From NCBI GenBank assembly GCA_965224435.1, contig OZ245048.1:1724511-1788510 (forward strand): a stretch of DNA of 64,000 nt, read 5' to 3'. The notes beneath the pieces are model-generated. The model saw only the letters and a program-made list of their open reading frames with translations, did no database searches and had not been told where the DNA came from. This document shows positions 6,997 through 16,668 of the stretch, in pieces. How positions within the stretch are numbered: the stretch's first letter is position 1; every line of letters begins with the position of its first letter. This DNA is from Acidimicrobiales bacterium. Lineage in GTDB: Bacteria > Actinomycetota > Acidimicrobiia > Acidimicrobiales > SZUA-35. Position numbers and translations under genes: made by a program.

Positions 6997-9900
6997 GTGG
7001 ACGTGGGGTCCTCTTTTACCCATCTGCATGTTCATACCGAGTTCTCGATGTTGGACGGAGCGTCGCGGCTTGATGATCTTGTAGCCAAGGCGGCAGCCGA
7101 CGGCATGCCAGCCCTGGGGATCACCGATCACGGCAATATGTATGGGGTCCTCGACTTCTACAAAGCCTGTCGCAAGCAAGGCGTCAAGCCAATCATCGGA
7201 GCGGAGCTCTATCAGGCCGACGACTCGCGTCATGAGCGCCCTAGTCGACGGGGCAAGATTGATGACTCGGGCGGAAGCACCGATGGTGGCAAGAAGCTCT
7301 ATTACCACCTGATCACCTTGGCCGAGAACAACACCGGCTACAAGAACCTGATCCAGCTGGCCTCAAGAGCTTTCATGGAGGGCTACTACTACAAGCCTCG
7401 GGTCGATTGGGAAGTGCTCTCCGATCATTCCGAGGGTGTGATTGCGACCTCAGGTTGTCTTGGCGGTCATGTACTGCAGGCTCTCATGAATGGCAATGAG
7501 CAGGACGCGCTGGAGAAGGCGGCACGTTTTCAAGACATCTTCGGACGAGACAACTTCTTCATCGAGATCCAAGATCACGGGATCCCCGAGCAGATCCAGA
7601 CCAATCCCCAGCTGCTAGAGATCGCCCGCAAAATCAAGGCACCGATCATGGTGACCAATGATTCCCATTATACCGATCAGCATGATCATGGTGCCCATGA
7701 CGCCCTGCTGTGTGTGCAAACCGGCTCGTTGATGAGTGACCCTGACCGGTTCAAGTTCAGCGGCGATCAGCATTATCTGAAAACGGCGCAAGAGATGCGT
7801 CATCAGTGGGCTGAGCTGCCTGAGGCCTGTGACAACACACTCTGGATTGCCGAACGGTGTGACGTCGAGATCGAGTTCGGCAGTCCCCAGCTACCAGACT
7901 TTCCTATTCCCGAAGGATTCACTGGCGCCGATGACTACCTCTTCCACCTCACCATGGAAGGAGCCAAGAAGCGCTGGGGCACAGCCATTCCCGAAGGGAC
8001 AATGGACCGGCTCGTCTTTGAGCTGGATGTCATCAAGAACATGGGGTTCTCTTCCTACTTTTTGATCACCTGGGACATGATCAAGTACGCCCGCGAAAAC
8101 GGTATCCGCGTCGGCCCGGGGCGTGGCTCTGCTGCTGGCTGCGCCGTGGCCTACTCGCTCTGGATCACCGACCTTGATCCGATCAAGTACGACCTCCTCT
8201 TTGAACGATTCCTGAATCCCAGCCGAATCTCCATGCCCGACATCGACATGGACTTCGACTCCCGCTATCGCGACACCATGATTCGCTACTGCGCCGAACG
8301 CTATGGCCGCGACCATGTGGCTCAGATCGTCACCTTCAGCCAGATCAAGGCCCGGGCCGCAGTTCGCGATGGTGCCCGGGTGCTTGGTTACCCTTATGTG
8401 GTCGGTGACAAAATCGCCAAGGCCATGCCACCACTCATCATGGGCCGTGATACGCCGCTCAAGTACTGCTTCGAAGAATCGGAGAAGTACAAGGACGGCT
8501 ACAACATGGCTGGCTCCTTGCGAACAATGGTCGAGACTGAGCCCGATGTGGCCAAGGTCATGGATGTTGCCATGGGGCTCGAAGGACTGCGTCGCAGTGA
8601 TGGAATCCATGCTGCAGCGGTAGTTATTACCAAGGATCCGCTGACGGACTATCTGCCGATCCAACGCAAGCCAGCGGCAGGCAAGGACATCTCCGAAGCT
8701 CCCGTCGTGACCCAGTACGAGATGCACGGGGTCGAAGAACTCGGCCTGCTCAAGATGGACTTCTTGGGCTTGCGAAATCTGGATGTCATCAGCGACACCC
8801 TTGCCCTCGTCGAACAAGTGCACGGTGTTGTGGTTGACATTGATCATGTCGACCTGACGGATGAGAAGACCTTCGCGCTGCTGCAAGCAGGAAATACCAT
8901 CGGCGTTTTCCAACTTGAGTCGTCGCCAATGCGAGCCCTCATGCGTTCCATGGCCCCCACCGGATTCGAAGATGTTGCTGCCCTGGTTGCCCTCTATCGG
9001 CCGGGGCCAATGGCAGCCAACATGCACAATGACTACGCTGACCGCAAGAACGGCCGGCAAGACGTAACCCTGGCCCACCCCGATGCGCAAGAGCTTCTCG
9101 GCGACACCTATGGGCTCATGATCTATCAAGAACAGATGATGCGCTTCAGCCAGAAGTTCGCAGGGTATTCCCTGGCTGATGCTGACAACTTGCGTAAGGC
9201 CGCCGGCAAGAAGAACCGGGAGCTGATGGCCAAGGAACGAACCAAGTTCGTCGACGGTTGTGTTGAGCACGGCTATGGCGAGGACTTCGGTGAAGACCAG
9301 TTCACCCTGATCGAGGGTTTTGCCGACTACGCCTTCAACAAGAGCCACTCCTATGGCTACGGATTGGTGAGTTTTCAGACGGCCTACCTCAAGGCCAATT
9401 ATCCGGTCGAGTATCTGGCTTGTCTTCTGACCAGCGTGAAAAGCAGTCTGGACAAGGCCGCCGTCTATCTCAATGAATGTCGTCAGATGGGAGTCACTGT
9501 CCTGGTTCCTGATATCAACCGTTCTGAGTTGGATTTTGCCTCCATACCGGATCTTGATGGAGGGGCTCTGAACGCCATCCCCTTTGGGCTTTCGGCTGTT
9601 CGCAATGTTGGTGCTGCCCTCGTCGAACTGATCTTGAAGGAGCGGCGAGCCAGCGGACCGTTTTCCTCTTTCCTCGACTTTTGTGAACGTGTTGACTACG
9701 CCGTGCTCAAGAAATCGGCCATCGAGTCCTTGATCAAGGCTGGAGCATTCGATTCGCTTGGACACCCACGTCGGGGACTTCTTCTGGCCTTTGAGGACAT
9801 CATCGACAAGACCATTGCTTCTCGCAAGGAGCACGACATGGGAGTCATGACCCTGTTCGGCGCAGTCGAGGATGCAGAAGACGGTCCAGCCTTTGACGAC

Positions 9901-10548
9901 CGCACCCCAATCTCTGACCTCACCTTCGACAAATCTCAGCGGCTGAAGTTCGAGAAAGAAATGCTCGGCCTTTACGTCTCGGACCATCCACTACTTGGTC
10001 TTGAAGGTGCGCTAAATCGAAAGGCAGAAGACTCGCTCAACGACTTTGAGCACAAGGAGGATGGGGCAGTCGTCGTCGTCGGCGGTGTTGTGACTGCCCT
10101 GCAGCGGAAGTGGACCAAGAAGGGTGACCTGATGGGCATCTTCATCTTGGAGGACCTGACCACATCGATCGAGGTCATGGTCTTTCCACGCACGTTTACT
10201 GACTACGGGCACCTGTTGGAAGATGATCGCATTGTCATTCTCCGTGGCCGGCTGCAAAAGCGCGACGAAGAAACCAAGCTGATGGCCCAGACCATCGAGG
10301 TCTTTGAGCCGGAGTCGTTGGGTTCGTCTCGGCCGCTGCGCTTGGAGATCCGCCCTGACCAGCTATCCGAAACCCTCATCGACCGGCTCAAGCTGGTTCT
10401 TTCACAACACCCCGGCGAGTCCCAGGTCTACATTCACTTGAGCGAAACCCAGGTGGTCAAGCTGGCTGATGAGTTCAACGTGACCACCGACGGCGGCTTG
10501 ATTCCGGAGCTTCGAGTGCTTCTTGGCCCTGATTCGGTTGTTTTCTAG
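6997..10548 (+). CDS. dnaE: DNA polymerase III alpha subunit
   Basis: An 1183-aa protein with a PHP domain 'FTHLHVHTEFSMLDG', the palm motifs 'PDIDMDF' and 'KMDFLGLRNL', and 'FNKSHSYGY'. It uses a GTG start at 6997. Confidence 0.97.
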   Translation: MDVGSSFTHLHVHTEFSMLDGASRLDDLVAKAAADGMPALGITDHGNMYGVLDFYKACRKQGVKPIIGAELYQADDSRHERPSRRGKIDDSGGSTDGGKKLYYHLITLAENNTGYKNLIQLASRAFMEGYYYKPRVDWEVLSDHSEGVIATSGCLGGHVLQALMNGNEQDALEKAARFQDIFGRDNFFIEIQDHGIPEQIQTNPQLLEIARKIKAPIMVTNDSHYTDQHDHGAHDALLCVQTGSLMSDPDRFKFSGDQHYLKTAQEMRHQWAELPEACDNTLWIAERCDVEIEFGSPQLPDFPIPEGFTGADDYLFHLTMEGAKKRWGTAIPEGTMDRLVFELDVIKNMGFSSYFLITWDMIKYARENGIRVGPGRGSAAGCAVAYSLWITDLDPIKYDLLFERFLNPSRISMPDIDMDFDSRYRDTMIRYCAERYGRDHVAQIVTFSQIKARAAVRDGARVLGYPYVVGDKIAKAMPPLIMGRDTPLKYCFEESEKYKDGYNMAGSLRTMVETEPDVAKVMDVAMGLEGLRRSDGIHAAAVVITKDPLTDYLPIQRKPAAGKDISEAPVVTQYEMHGVEELGLLKMDFLGLRNLDVISDTLALVEQVHGVVVDIDHVDLTDEKTFALLQAGNTIGVFQLESSPMRALMRSMAPTGFEDVAALVALYRPGPMAANMHNDYADRKNGRQDVTLAHPDAQELLGDTYGLMIYQEQMMRFSQKFAGYSLADADNLRKAAGKKNRELMAKERTKFVDGCVEHGYGEDFGEDQFTLIEGFADYAFNKSHSYGYGLVSFQTAYLKANYPVEYLACLLTSVKSSLDKAAVYLNECRQMGVTVLVPDINRSELDFASIPDLDGGALNAIPFGLSAVRNVGAALVELILKERRASGPFSSFLDFCERVDYAVLKKSAIESLIKAGAFDSLGHPRRGLLLAFEDIIDKTIASRKEHDMGVMTLFGAVEDAEDGPAFDDRTPISDLTFDKSQRLKFEKEMLGLYVSDHPLLGLEGALNRKAEDSLNDFEHKEDGAVVVVGGVVTALQRKWTKKGDLMGIFILEDLTTSIEVMVFPRTFTDYGHLLEDDRIVILRGRLQKRDEETKLMAQTIEVFEPESLGSSRPLRLEIRPDQLSETLIDRLKLVLSQHPGESQVYIHLSETQVVKLADEFNVTTDGGLIPELRVLLGPDSVVF

Positions 10549-10608
10549 GCCAGATGCCCCGGTGGGCACTGAGCAGAGGGACTCAAATGACCTTTCCAGC
10601 TGCCGACC

Positions 10609-11997
10609 ATGGTTTCGGTATCAGGTAATCTGGTTGCGTACGAACCGGGAGTAAACGTGGAACACACAGCAATTCGAGGGGACACCCAGGGCGACAGTCA
10701 AGGTGACAACGAACCTGGCAGTCATATTGGCTATCTCACCAATCAATACCCCAAAGCCAGCCACAGCTTTATTCGTCGCGAAATCCTGGCCCTTGAGGGC
10801 TTGGGCTGGAGAGTCAAGCGATACGCCATGCGTATCCCGATCGAAGAAATCGTTGACCCAGTCGATCGACAAGAGGCCGACAAGACCCGGTCCCTCGTTG
10901 ACGCGGGAATGCCGGCCATGGCGACTGCCCTGGCTCAGTTGGCGGCAAGACGGCCAGCGGCTTTCGCCCGAGCGCTTCGAGCCGCTACTCGATTGGCTCG
11001 CCGCTCCGATGTTGGCATGTCTCGACACCTTGTTTACCTCGCCGAGGCCGCCCTACTCGTTCAGTGGTGTGAGCAAGACGGGGTTACTCATCTTCACACT
11101 CATTTCGGTACCAACTCAGCCGAAGTGGCCTTGCTCAGCCACTATCTCGGTGGTCCGAGCTACAGCCTGACTATCCACGGACCAGAAGAGTTCGACCGAG
11201 CGCCGCTGCTTGGCATTGCCGAGAAAATTGGCCAGGCAAGATTCGTCTGCACCGTGAGTTCCTTTGGCCGAAGCCAAGCTTGTCGTCTGGTTCCAACCGA
11301 GCACTGGGATCGTATCCATGTTGTGCACTGCGGTCTTGATGACGAATGGTTCAGCGGAGACACCGTCCCAATCCCTGGGTCCAGCGTCCCAGCATCAAAT
11401 GGCTCTGAACATGGCGTCCCTGAACATGGCGTCCCTGAACAGAGTGTTTCGACCACCCGGCAGCTCGTTTGCGTGGCCAGACTGAGCGAGCAAAAGGGCC
11501 ATGGAATCCTTCTGGCTGCGCTAGCGAAGGTGGCGGAAAGCGGACGCGACTTCCACATGACCCTCGTCGGAGACGGAGAGCTTCGGCCAGAAGTCGAAGC
11601 ACAGATCCAATCCTCCAACCTTGGAGACAAGGTCACCATTACCGGGTGGGCGTCAGAAGACGAGGTGAAGGCCGCAATCAACGCATCAGTGGGCTTCGTT
11701 CTCCCCAGTTTTGCGGAAGGCCTTCCCGTTGTCATCATGGAGGCCCTCGCTGCCGGACGGCCAGTAATAAGCACCTATGTTGCCGGAATCCCCGAACTGG
11801 TTCGCCCCGGAGTCTCGGGTTGGCTTGTGCCTGCTGGTTCGGTTGATCTCCTGGTCGACGCGGTTTGTGAACTGCTGGATGCTCCCCTGGAACAGCTTGA
11901 GTCATTCGGTGCCGAGGGACGAAAAGCCGTGCATGAGCAGCACCGAGCAACAACCGAGGCGGCAAAGATTGCTGCCCTGTTTCCGCTAAGGAACTAA
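10609..11997 (+). CDS. GT4-family glycosyltransferase (WcaL-like)
   Basis: The N-terminus 'IGYLTNQYPKASHSFIRREILALE' and the C-terminal GT-B motif 'LPSFAEGLPVVIMEALAAGRPVISTYVAGIPELV' support the call. The start is uncertain, with a possible GTG near 10657. Confidence 0.8.
   Translation: MVSVSGNLVAYEPGVNVEHTAIRGDTQGDSQGDNEPGSHIGYLTNQYPKASHSFIRREILALEGLGWRVKRYAMRIPIEEIVDPVDRQEADKTRSLVDAGMPAMATALAQLAARRPAAFARALRAATRLARRSDVGMSRHLVYLAEAALLVQWCEQDGVTHLHTHFGTNSAEVALLSHYLGGPSYSLTIHGPEEFDRAPLLGIAEKIGQARFVCTVSSFGRSQACRLVPTEHWDRIHVVHCGLDDEWFSGDTVPIPGSSVPASNGSEHGVPEHGVPEQSVSTTRQLVCVARLSEQKGHGILLAALAKVAESGRDFHMTLVGDGELRPEVEAQIQSSNLGDKVTITGWASEDEVKAAINASVGFVLPSFAEGLPVVIMEALAAGRPVISTYVAGIPELVRPGVSGWLVPAGSVDLLVDAVCELLDAPLEQLESFGAEGRKAVHEQHRATTEAAKIAALFPLRN
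11407..11441 (+). repeat. 15-bp in-frame tandem duplication in the GT4 inter-domain linker
   Basis: 'gaacatggcgtccct' occurs twice and is followed by 'gaaca'. It encodes EHGVPEHGVPEQ. Confidence 0.9.
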
Positions 11998-12045
11998 CCG
12001 GCAAGCCGAAGCCCTGTGGACCTCCGATTCCACTAGACTTCGCCG

Positions 12046-14442
12046 ATGGATTTCACTGTGGCGCCAAGGGATTTCACCATGAGCAGAGGTGATCGGCGGA
12101 AGCGCTCGCAAATTCGGTTACGGACGAGAGGATCGGCCTGTTTCGTCGGGCTTTGTTGCGCCCTTCTGGTTCTGGGTGCTTGCACCTCCAATGGCGAAGG
12201 ATCTGGCGCTCCGGACGATGTTTCGCTTGCCACCGAACCTCCCGGGTTCCCCCAAGACGGCGTTGACAGCACGACCCCTTCTCCTGGCTCCGTAGCCGCC
12301 TCACTCAGCGAGGCCTACGAATTCACTGATCTCGAACTAGGCGGCGGCGGTTGGGTGACCGGAATGGTCATTCACCCGACAGAAGCCGATCTGATGTACG
12401 CCAGAACCGATGTTGGTGGGGCCTACCGCTGGGATCCGACGACCGAACATTGGATCCAACTGTTGTCCTTCGAAACAGTTCCAAACCCCGACCCTGGTGA
12501 TTGGCAGGTCTCATCCGTAGCCACCTCGCCATCGGACCCGGACCGTGCCTATATGGCGGTTGGCGACTCGACCAAGGATTCCGAGGGCCGCATTCTCATT
12601 AGCGACGATCGGGGAGCGACATGGCAAGATCATGGTCGCGGATTCACTATTGCTGGCAACGCCGAAGACAGGATTGGTGGTGAACGCCTAGCGGTTGACC
12701 CGACTGATCCTGACACTGTCTGGTTCGGAAGTCGAAGCGAAGGACTGCTTGTCTCGACTGATGGGTCAGCGACCTGGTCTCCGGTTCCGTCTGTCCCCAT
12801 TGTTGCCGCGGCCGAGGGTGAGAAACCAACGGGGGTGAAATGGGTGCTGGCCAGCGAGTTCGGAGTTTTTGTTGGTATCGCACATGACGGGGTCTATCAG
12901 GTCTCCGGAGAGCCATCTGCTCCTGGCGAAATCACCGCCGAGAAGCTTTGGGCCAGTGAAGGGATTCCCCTCGATGCGGAGATCGGCAGTGACGGTGTGC
13001 TCTGGGTAGCCGAACAGAAGCCGCCCTTTGTCTATCGATTTGACTCGTCCAGTCGCGAGCAACGCGACGTGACCCCGAACGGGGGCAAGAAGTTCGCTTC
13101 CGTCGCCATCGATCCCAACAACCCAAGTCGGGTCTTCATCGGACGTCAGAACATTTCGGACAGCGGTCTATGGAGAACCACCGATAGCGGCGAGAAGTGG
13201 AAGAAGGCGGCGGCGACGACCACCTGCGAGCAGGTCCCTTGGCTGGATGAGTATGACGACCGCTTGTTAAGCGCAGGCAGTATGGCCTTTGACCCAGCGG
13301 GTGAGCTGTGGTTTCCCGAGGGATTCGCCATGTGGCGAAGCACCGACCTTGATGACGGCGAAGTCACTTTCCAGTGCGCGACGCTTGGGATCGAAGAACT
13401 TGTGAGCAACGACGTTCTGGTCACCCCGGCTGGTTCCATTGTTAGCGCCCACTGGGACCGTGGAGCCTTTCGCCATACTGATGGCACACCACAAGGGGCG
13501 ATCCAAGGACCAGTCACCGAATTCAACTCGGTCTGGGATCTTGATTGGAGTCCTGCGGATCCAGATTTTGTGGTTGCAATCGTTGCCGATCACCGTTTCT
13601 GTTGCGAAGACTCATCCGATGCCTACGTCAGCAGCTTCTCCACCGATGGGGGACAGAGCTGGGAACGGTTTGGTTCCTACAAATCGGGCAACCATCCGTA
13701 CAAGCTCAGATTCGGCAATATCGCGGTCTCCGCAACTGACACCAACAATCTGGTGTGGCTCCCAACCTTCAATCTCCCGCCCCAGTTTTCGCGTGATCGC
13801 GGAACAACGTGGTCAGAAGTCATCTTGCCTGGAACCGAAGACATCCAGAAAGACGGGGTCAACCGTGGTGGCTCTCACACCACCTTTTTCCTGAACCGGA
13901 AGGTCCTCGCTGCGGATCGTGTCGCAGCGGACACGTTCTATCTTTATCAGGGAGACTTCGGGGTCTATCGATCCACAGACGGGGGTCAGTCTTGGGCGCT
14001 AATGGCCAGCGATGGTTTACCGATCGGGTCACCAATCGGCCATTTCCATAGCCAATTGCAGGCGGTTCCCGGTGAAGAAGGCCACCTTTTCTTCACCACC
14101 GGTCCGTTGGACCAGGGGGTTTGGCCCGCCTATGAAAGCGTCGATGGTGGAGACTCGTGGACCGAGGTCGACGGAACGGGCGAGGTAACAGCCATCGGAT
14201 TTGGATCTGCTTCCGAGGTTGGTGGGCCAGTCACTGTCTTCCTGGCTGGTGAACTCAATGGAGAGCGAGGCCTATGGAGGTCGATCGATGGTGCCGTAAC
14301 CTGGGGTCTGATTAGTGCGGCTCCTGGAGGAAATTACCTGCCGATTCAGGCCATAACCGGTCACCCAGACGAGTTCGGCACGGTTTTCGTGGCGTTTGGT
14401 GGAACAACAGTCAAAGTTGGAGCGTCTACACAAGGTGAATGA
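12046..14442 (+). CDS. BNR/Asp-box repeat lipoprotein (GH74/sialidase-like beta-propeller)
   Basis: Has a lipobox 'LLVLGAC' after a basic N-terminus, with a likely start at ATG 12079. There are at least 7 Asp-box motifs (SDDRGATW, STDGSATW, TTDSGEKW, STDGGQSW twice, SVDGGDSW, SIDGAVTW). Confidence 0.75.
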   Translation: MDFTVAPRDFTMSRGDRRKRSQIRLRTRGSACFVGLCCALLVLGACTSNGEGSGAPDDVSLATEPPGFPQDGVDSTTPSPGSVAASLSEAYEFTDLELGGGGWVTGMVIHPTEADLMYARTDVGGAYRWDPTTEHWIQLLSFETVPNPDPGDWQVSSVATSPSDPDRAYMAVGDSTKDSEGRILISDDRGATWQDHGRGFTIAGNAEDRIGGERLAVDPTDPDTVWFGSRSEGLLVSTDGSATWSPVPSVPIVAAAEGEKPTGVKWVLASEFGVFVGIAHDGVYQVSGEPSAPGEITAEKLWASEGIPLDAEIGSDGVLWVAEQKPPFVYRFDSSSREQRDVTPNGGKKFASVAIDPNNPSRVFIGRQNISDSGLWRTTDSGEKWKKAAATTTCEQVPWLDEYDDRLLSAGSMAFDPAGELWFPEGFAMWRSTDLDDGEVTFQCATLGIEELVSNDVLVTPAGSIVSAHWDRGAFRHTDGTPQGAIQGPVTEFNSVWDLDWSPADPDFVVAIVADHRFCCEDSSDAYVSSFSTDGGQSWERFGSYKSGNHPYKLRFGNIAVSATDTNNLVWLPTFNLPPQFSRDRGTTWSEVILPGTEDIQKDGVNRGGSHTTFFLNRKVLAADRVAADTFYLYQGDFGVYRSTDGGQSWALMASDGLPIGSPIGHFHSQLQAVPGEEGHLFFTTGPLDQGVWPAYESVDGGDSWTEVDGTGEVTAIGFGSASEVGGPVTVFLAGELNGERGLWRSIDGAVTWGLISAAPGGNYLPIQAITGHPDEFGTVFVAFGGTTVKVGASTQGE

Positions 14443-14529
14443 GCCGATTTGAGCGAGAAAATCTTTGCTGGATCTGCTGGATTCGTTGCCGCTGAGGCCG
14501 ACGAGTAGTAGTAACCCGGAGGGTAGAGA

Positions 14530-15531
14530 ATGCATTGGACCGTAGCGGCACCGTTCGTCACCAGTCCTACAAGTCAGTGGCTTGCCAGTTCGGTTAGCCA
14601 GGATCACCAACTCACCATTGTTCCCCGCGTCGGTGAACAGGTCAGTTGGCATGACAAGAAATCGCCTGTGACCAGTCCGGCTGAGTGGATCCAGTTCATG
14701 CGCCAGGCCCATCGGGCCGTTTCGCGGACCTCCGGTGGAGTCATCACCGTCTTTCCACAGCTCGCATCCATGGTTGGTGCTCAGAAGCAGCTGCGCCGCA
14801 AGAACGACATGCCCATCGTGAGCTGGTTCTTCAATACTTCGACCGACTCTGCCATCCGCATTGTTCCCGCCCGGCTATCCCTGCGAGCCGTCGACAAGTT
14901 CGTCGTGCATTCCAGTCGCGAGATCGAGGCCTATGCCAGCCAGCTAGCCATCGACCCTGGACGATTCGAGTACGTTCCCCTCCAGTACGGAGGCGACATT
15001 GATGACTCCCCGCTCGAAGAAGAGAAGCCCTTCATCTTCGCCACGGGTTCGGGACACCGTGACTATGCCACCTTCTTTGACGCAGTGGCAAAGACGGGGC
15101 ATCGCACGATCGTTCTGGCATCGGAGCACGCTCTGGCCAATACAACACCGCCGCCCAACGTTGAGATCTTGGAGCAACTTCCAAAGCCTGAGATTCGAAA
15201 GATGATTCGCCGGGCTCGCATCAATGTTGTGCCAATGAGCACCAACGGTCTGACCGCGGGGCTCGTAACCATCGTCGATGCTTTCTGCCACGGCCGTGGC
15301 CTGGTAGCCACTGCTCGACCCGGTGTTGAGGACTATCTTCTTGACAGCGAGAACTCGCTTCTGGTTCCGCCAAGTGATGCGGGGGCGATGGCAGAGGCTC
15401 TCGAAGCCATGTGGGGTGATGACATCCTGCGTCAGCAGCTAAACAAGGGCGCGGCCGCTTTTGCCGAAGCTAATTGCACGGACGCGGCCGCCGGTCGTCG
15501 CCTAAACGAAATCCTCGACTCTCTCTCGTAG
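14530..15531 (+). CDS. GT-B fold glycosyltransferase (GT1/GT4-like)
   Basis: The C-terminal half 'NVVPMSTNGLTAGLVTIVDAFCHGRGLVATARPGVEDYLLDSENSLLVPPSD' matches the nucleotide-sugar binding region of GT1/GT4 enzymes. Confidence 0.65.
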   Translation: MHWTVAAPFVTSPTSQWLASSVSQDHQLTIVPRVGEQVSWHDKKSPVTSPAEWIQFMRQAHRAVSRTSGGVITVFPQLASMVGAQKQLRRKNDMPIVSWFFNTSTDSAIRIVPARLSLRAVDKFVVHSSREIEAYASQLAIDPGRFEYVPLQYGGDIDDSPLEEEKPFIFATGSGHRDYATFFDAVAKTGHRTIVLASEHALANTTPPPNVEILEQLPKPEIRKMIRRARINVVPMSTNGLTAGLVTIVDAFCHGRGLVATARPGVEDYLLDSENSLLVPPSDAGAMAEALEAMWGDDILRQQLNKGAAAFAEANCTDAAAGRRLNEILDSLS

Positions 15532-15599
15532 GTCAACGGTTCACTTTCCGCTTTCGAAATGAACGGCTCCGTCATGAAGACTCCGATCGCTCACCCATT

Positions 15600-16517
15600 A
15601 TGAAGACCCCAATTGCTCTCTACGTCTGCACTCATCAACGCAATGATGAGCTTCAGCGTCTGCTCGACTCGGTTGTCGTTGCCGCAAATGAGGTGATGGA
15701 TCGTGTTGACGTCGCCGTTGTGGTGGTTGATGACAACCCCGATGGTCGGGCTGAGTCTGTTGTCGAAGCCTTCGAGCACAACTTCTCCCTCGGCCTCCAC
15801 TACCGCCTCAGTGGGAAACAGAACATCGCGATCGCCCGAAATATTGGTTTCGAAGCGGCCATGGAACTTGGTGACTGGGTACTCATGACCGATGACGACA
15901 TTGTCATCCCAGCCGATTGGTTTGCTCAGCACCTTGCATTACAAGACAGGACCGGTGCCGATGCCACGACCGGCCCGGCGCTCTTAACCTTTGGGCACGG
16001 AGGCGATTGGATCCGGGAGCAGCCATTTGATCTGGTTGGCCTTCTGGATTACGAAGAAGAGTCAATGCCTCCGGAGTGCTCAACCGGAAACTCTATGGTT
16101 CGGTCCGCATTTTTTGTCGAGCATCCCGAGATCCGCTTTGATCCTGGTCTCGGAATTGCTGGTGGCGAAGACATGGTGTTCTACCGGGGGGCTATTGCGG
16201 CAGGCATGGTGCCGCGATTCTCCAAGAAGGTGGCGGTCTATGAGATCGAACCAGCCAGTCGCTCAACCTATCGATATCAGCTCAGTCGCTCCCTCTGGAT
16301 GGGCAATACCGAGTTCGAAACCAACCTGCGTAGTGGTCAAGCAAGTCGCCTGCGCCTATTCCTTCGGGCGAGCAAACGTGCCCTTGGCGGTCTGAGCCGC
16401 CCGGCCCGTCGTGCTAGCAGGGGCCAGCCGCCCCAGTTTCGCTACGCCGGAGTACTTATTGTGCAAGGAATTGGTATGGGCATTGGCCAGTTCGGCATTG
16501 TCTTGGACCACCGGTAG
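15600..16517 (+). CDS. GT2-family glycosyltransferase
   Basis: Contains 'IALYVCTHQRNDELQRLLDSV', 'VVVVDDNPDG' and a DXD motif in 'LMTDDDIV'. I prefer ATG 15600 over the listed 15474 because the latter overlaps the upstream gene. Confidence 0.8.
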   Translation: MKTPIALYVCTHQRNDELQRLLDSVVVAANEVMDRVDVAVVVVDDNPDGRAESVVEAFEHNFSLGLHYRLSGKQNIAIARNIGFEAAMELGDWVLMTDDDIVIPADWFAQHLALQDRTGADATTGPALLTFGHGGDWIREQPFDLVGLLDYEEESMPPECSTGNSMVRSAFFVEHPEIRFDPGLGIAGGEDMVFYRGAIAAGMVPRFSKKVAVYEIEPASRSTYRYQLSRSLWMGNTEFETNLRSGQASRLRLFLRASKRALGGLSRPARRASRGQPPQFRYAGVLIVQGIGMGIGQFGIVLDHR

Positions 16518-16668
16518 TGATGACTGCGACTGGTTCTGGCCTACGCCACTCACGGGTTCAGCTAGGCCACCTACTAGGTCATAGGGCCTATTGCCTTGGG
16601 CAGAGTATTTTCCATTGGAATCCTCCCCGCCTTCAACGCTACGCTGGAGCGGTGGATTGGGAGTTTTG

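Noticed and set aside
7891-9987. A 698-aa ORF antisense to dnaE.
   Set aside because: It lies entirely within the unambiguous DnaE coding region on the opposite strand. Its translation is low-complexity and rich in Gly, Val, Asp and His with no motifs. This is the typical shadow ORF of GC-rich coding sequence.
15474-15599. The N-terminal extension of the GT2 ORF back to 15474.
   Set aside because: It would overlap the upstream glycosyltransferase by 58 nt and encodes an Arg-rich non-conserved peptide. The conserved GT2 N-terminus begins right after ATG 15600.
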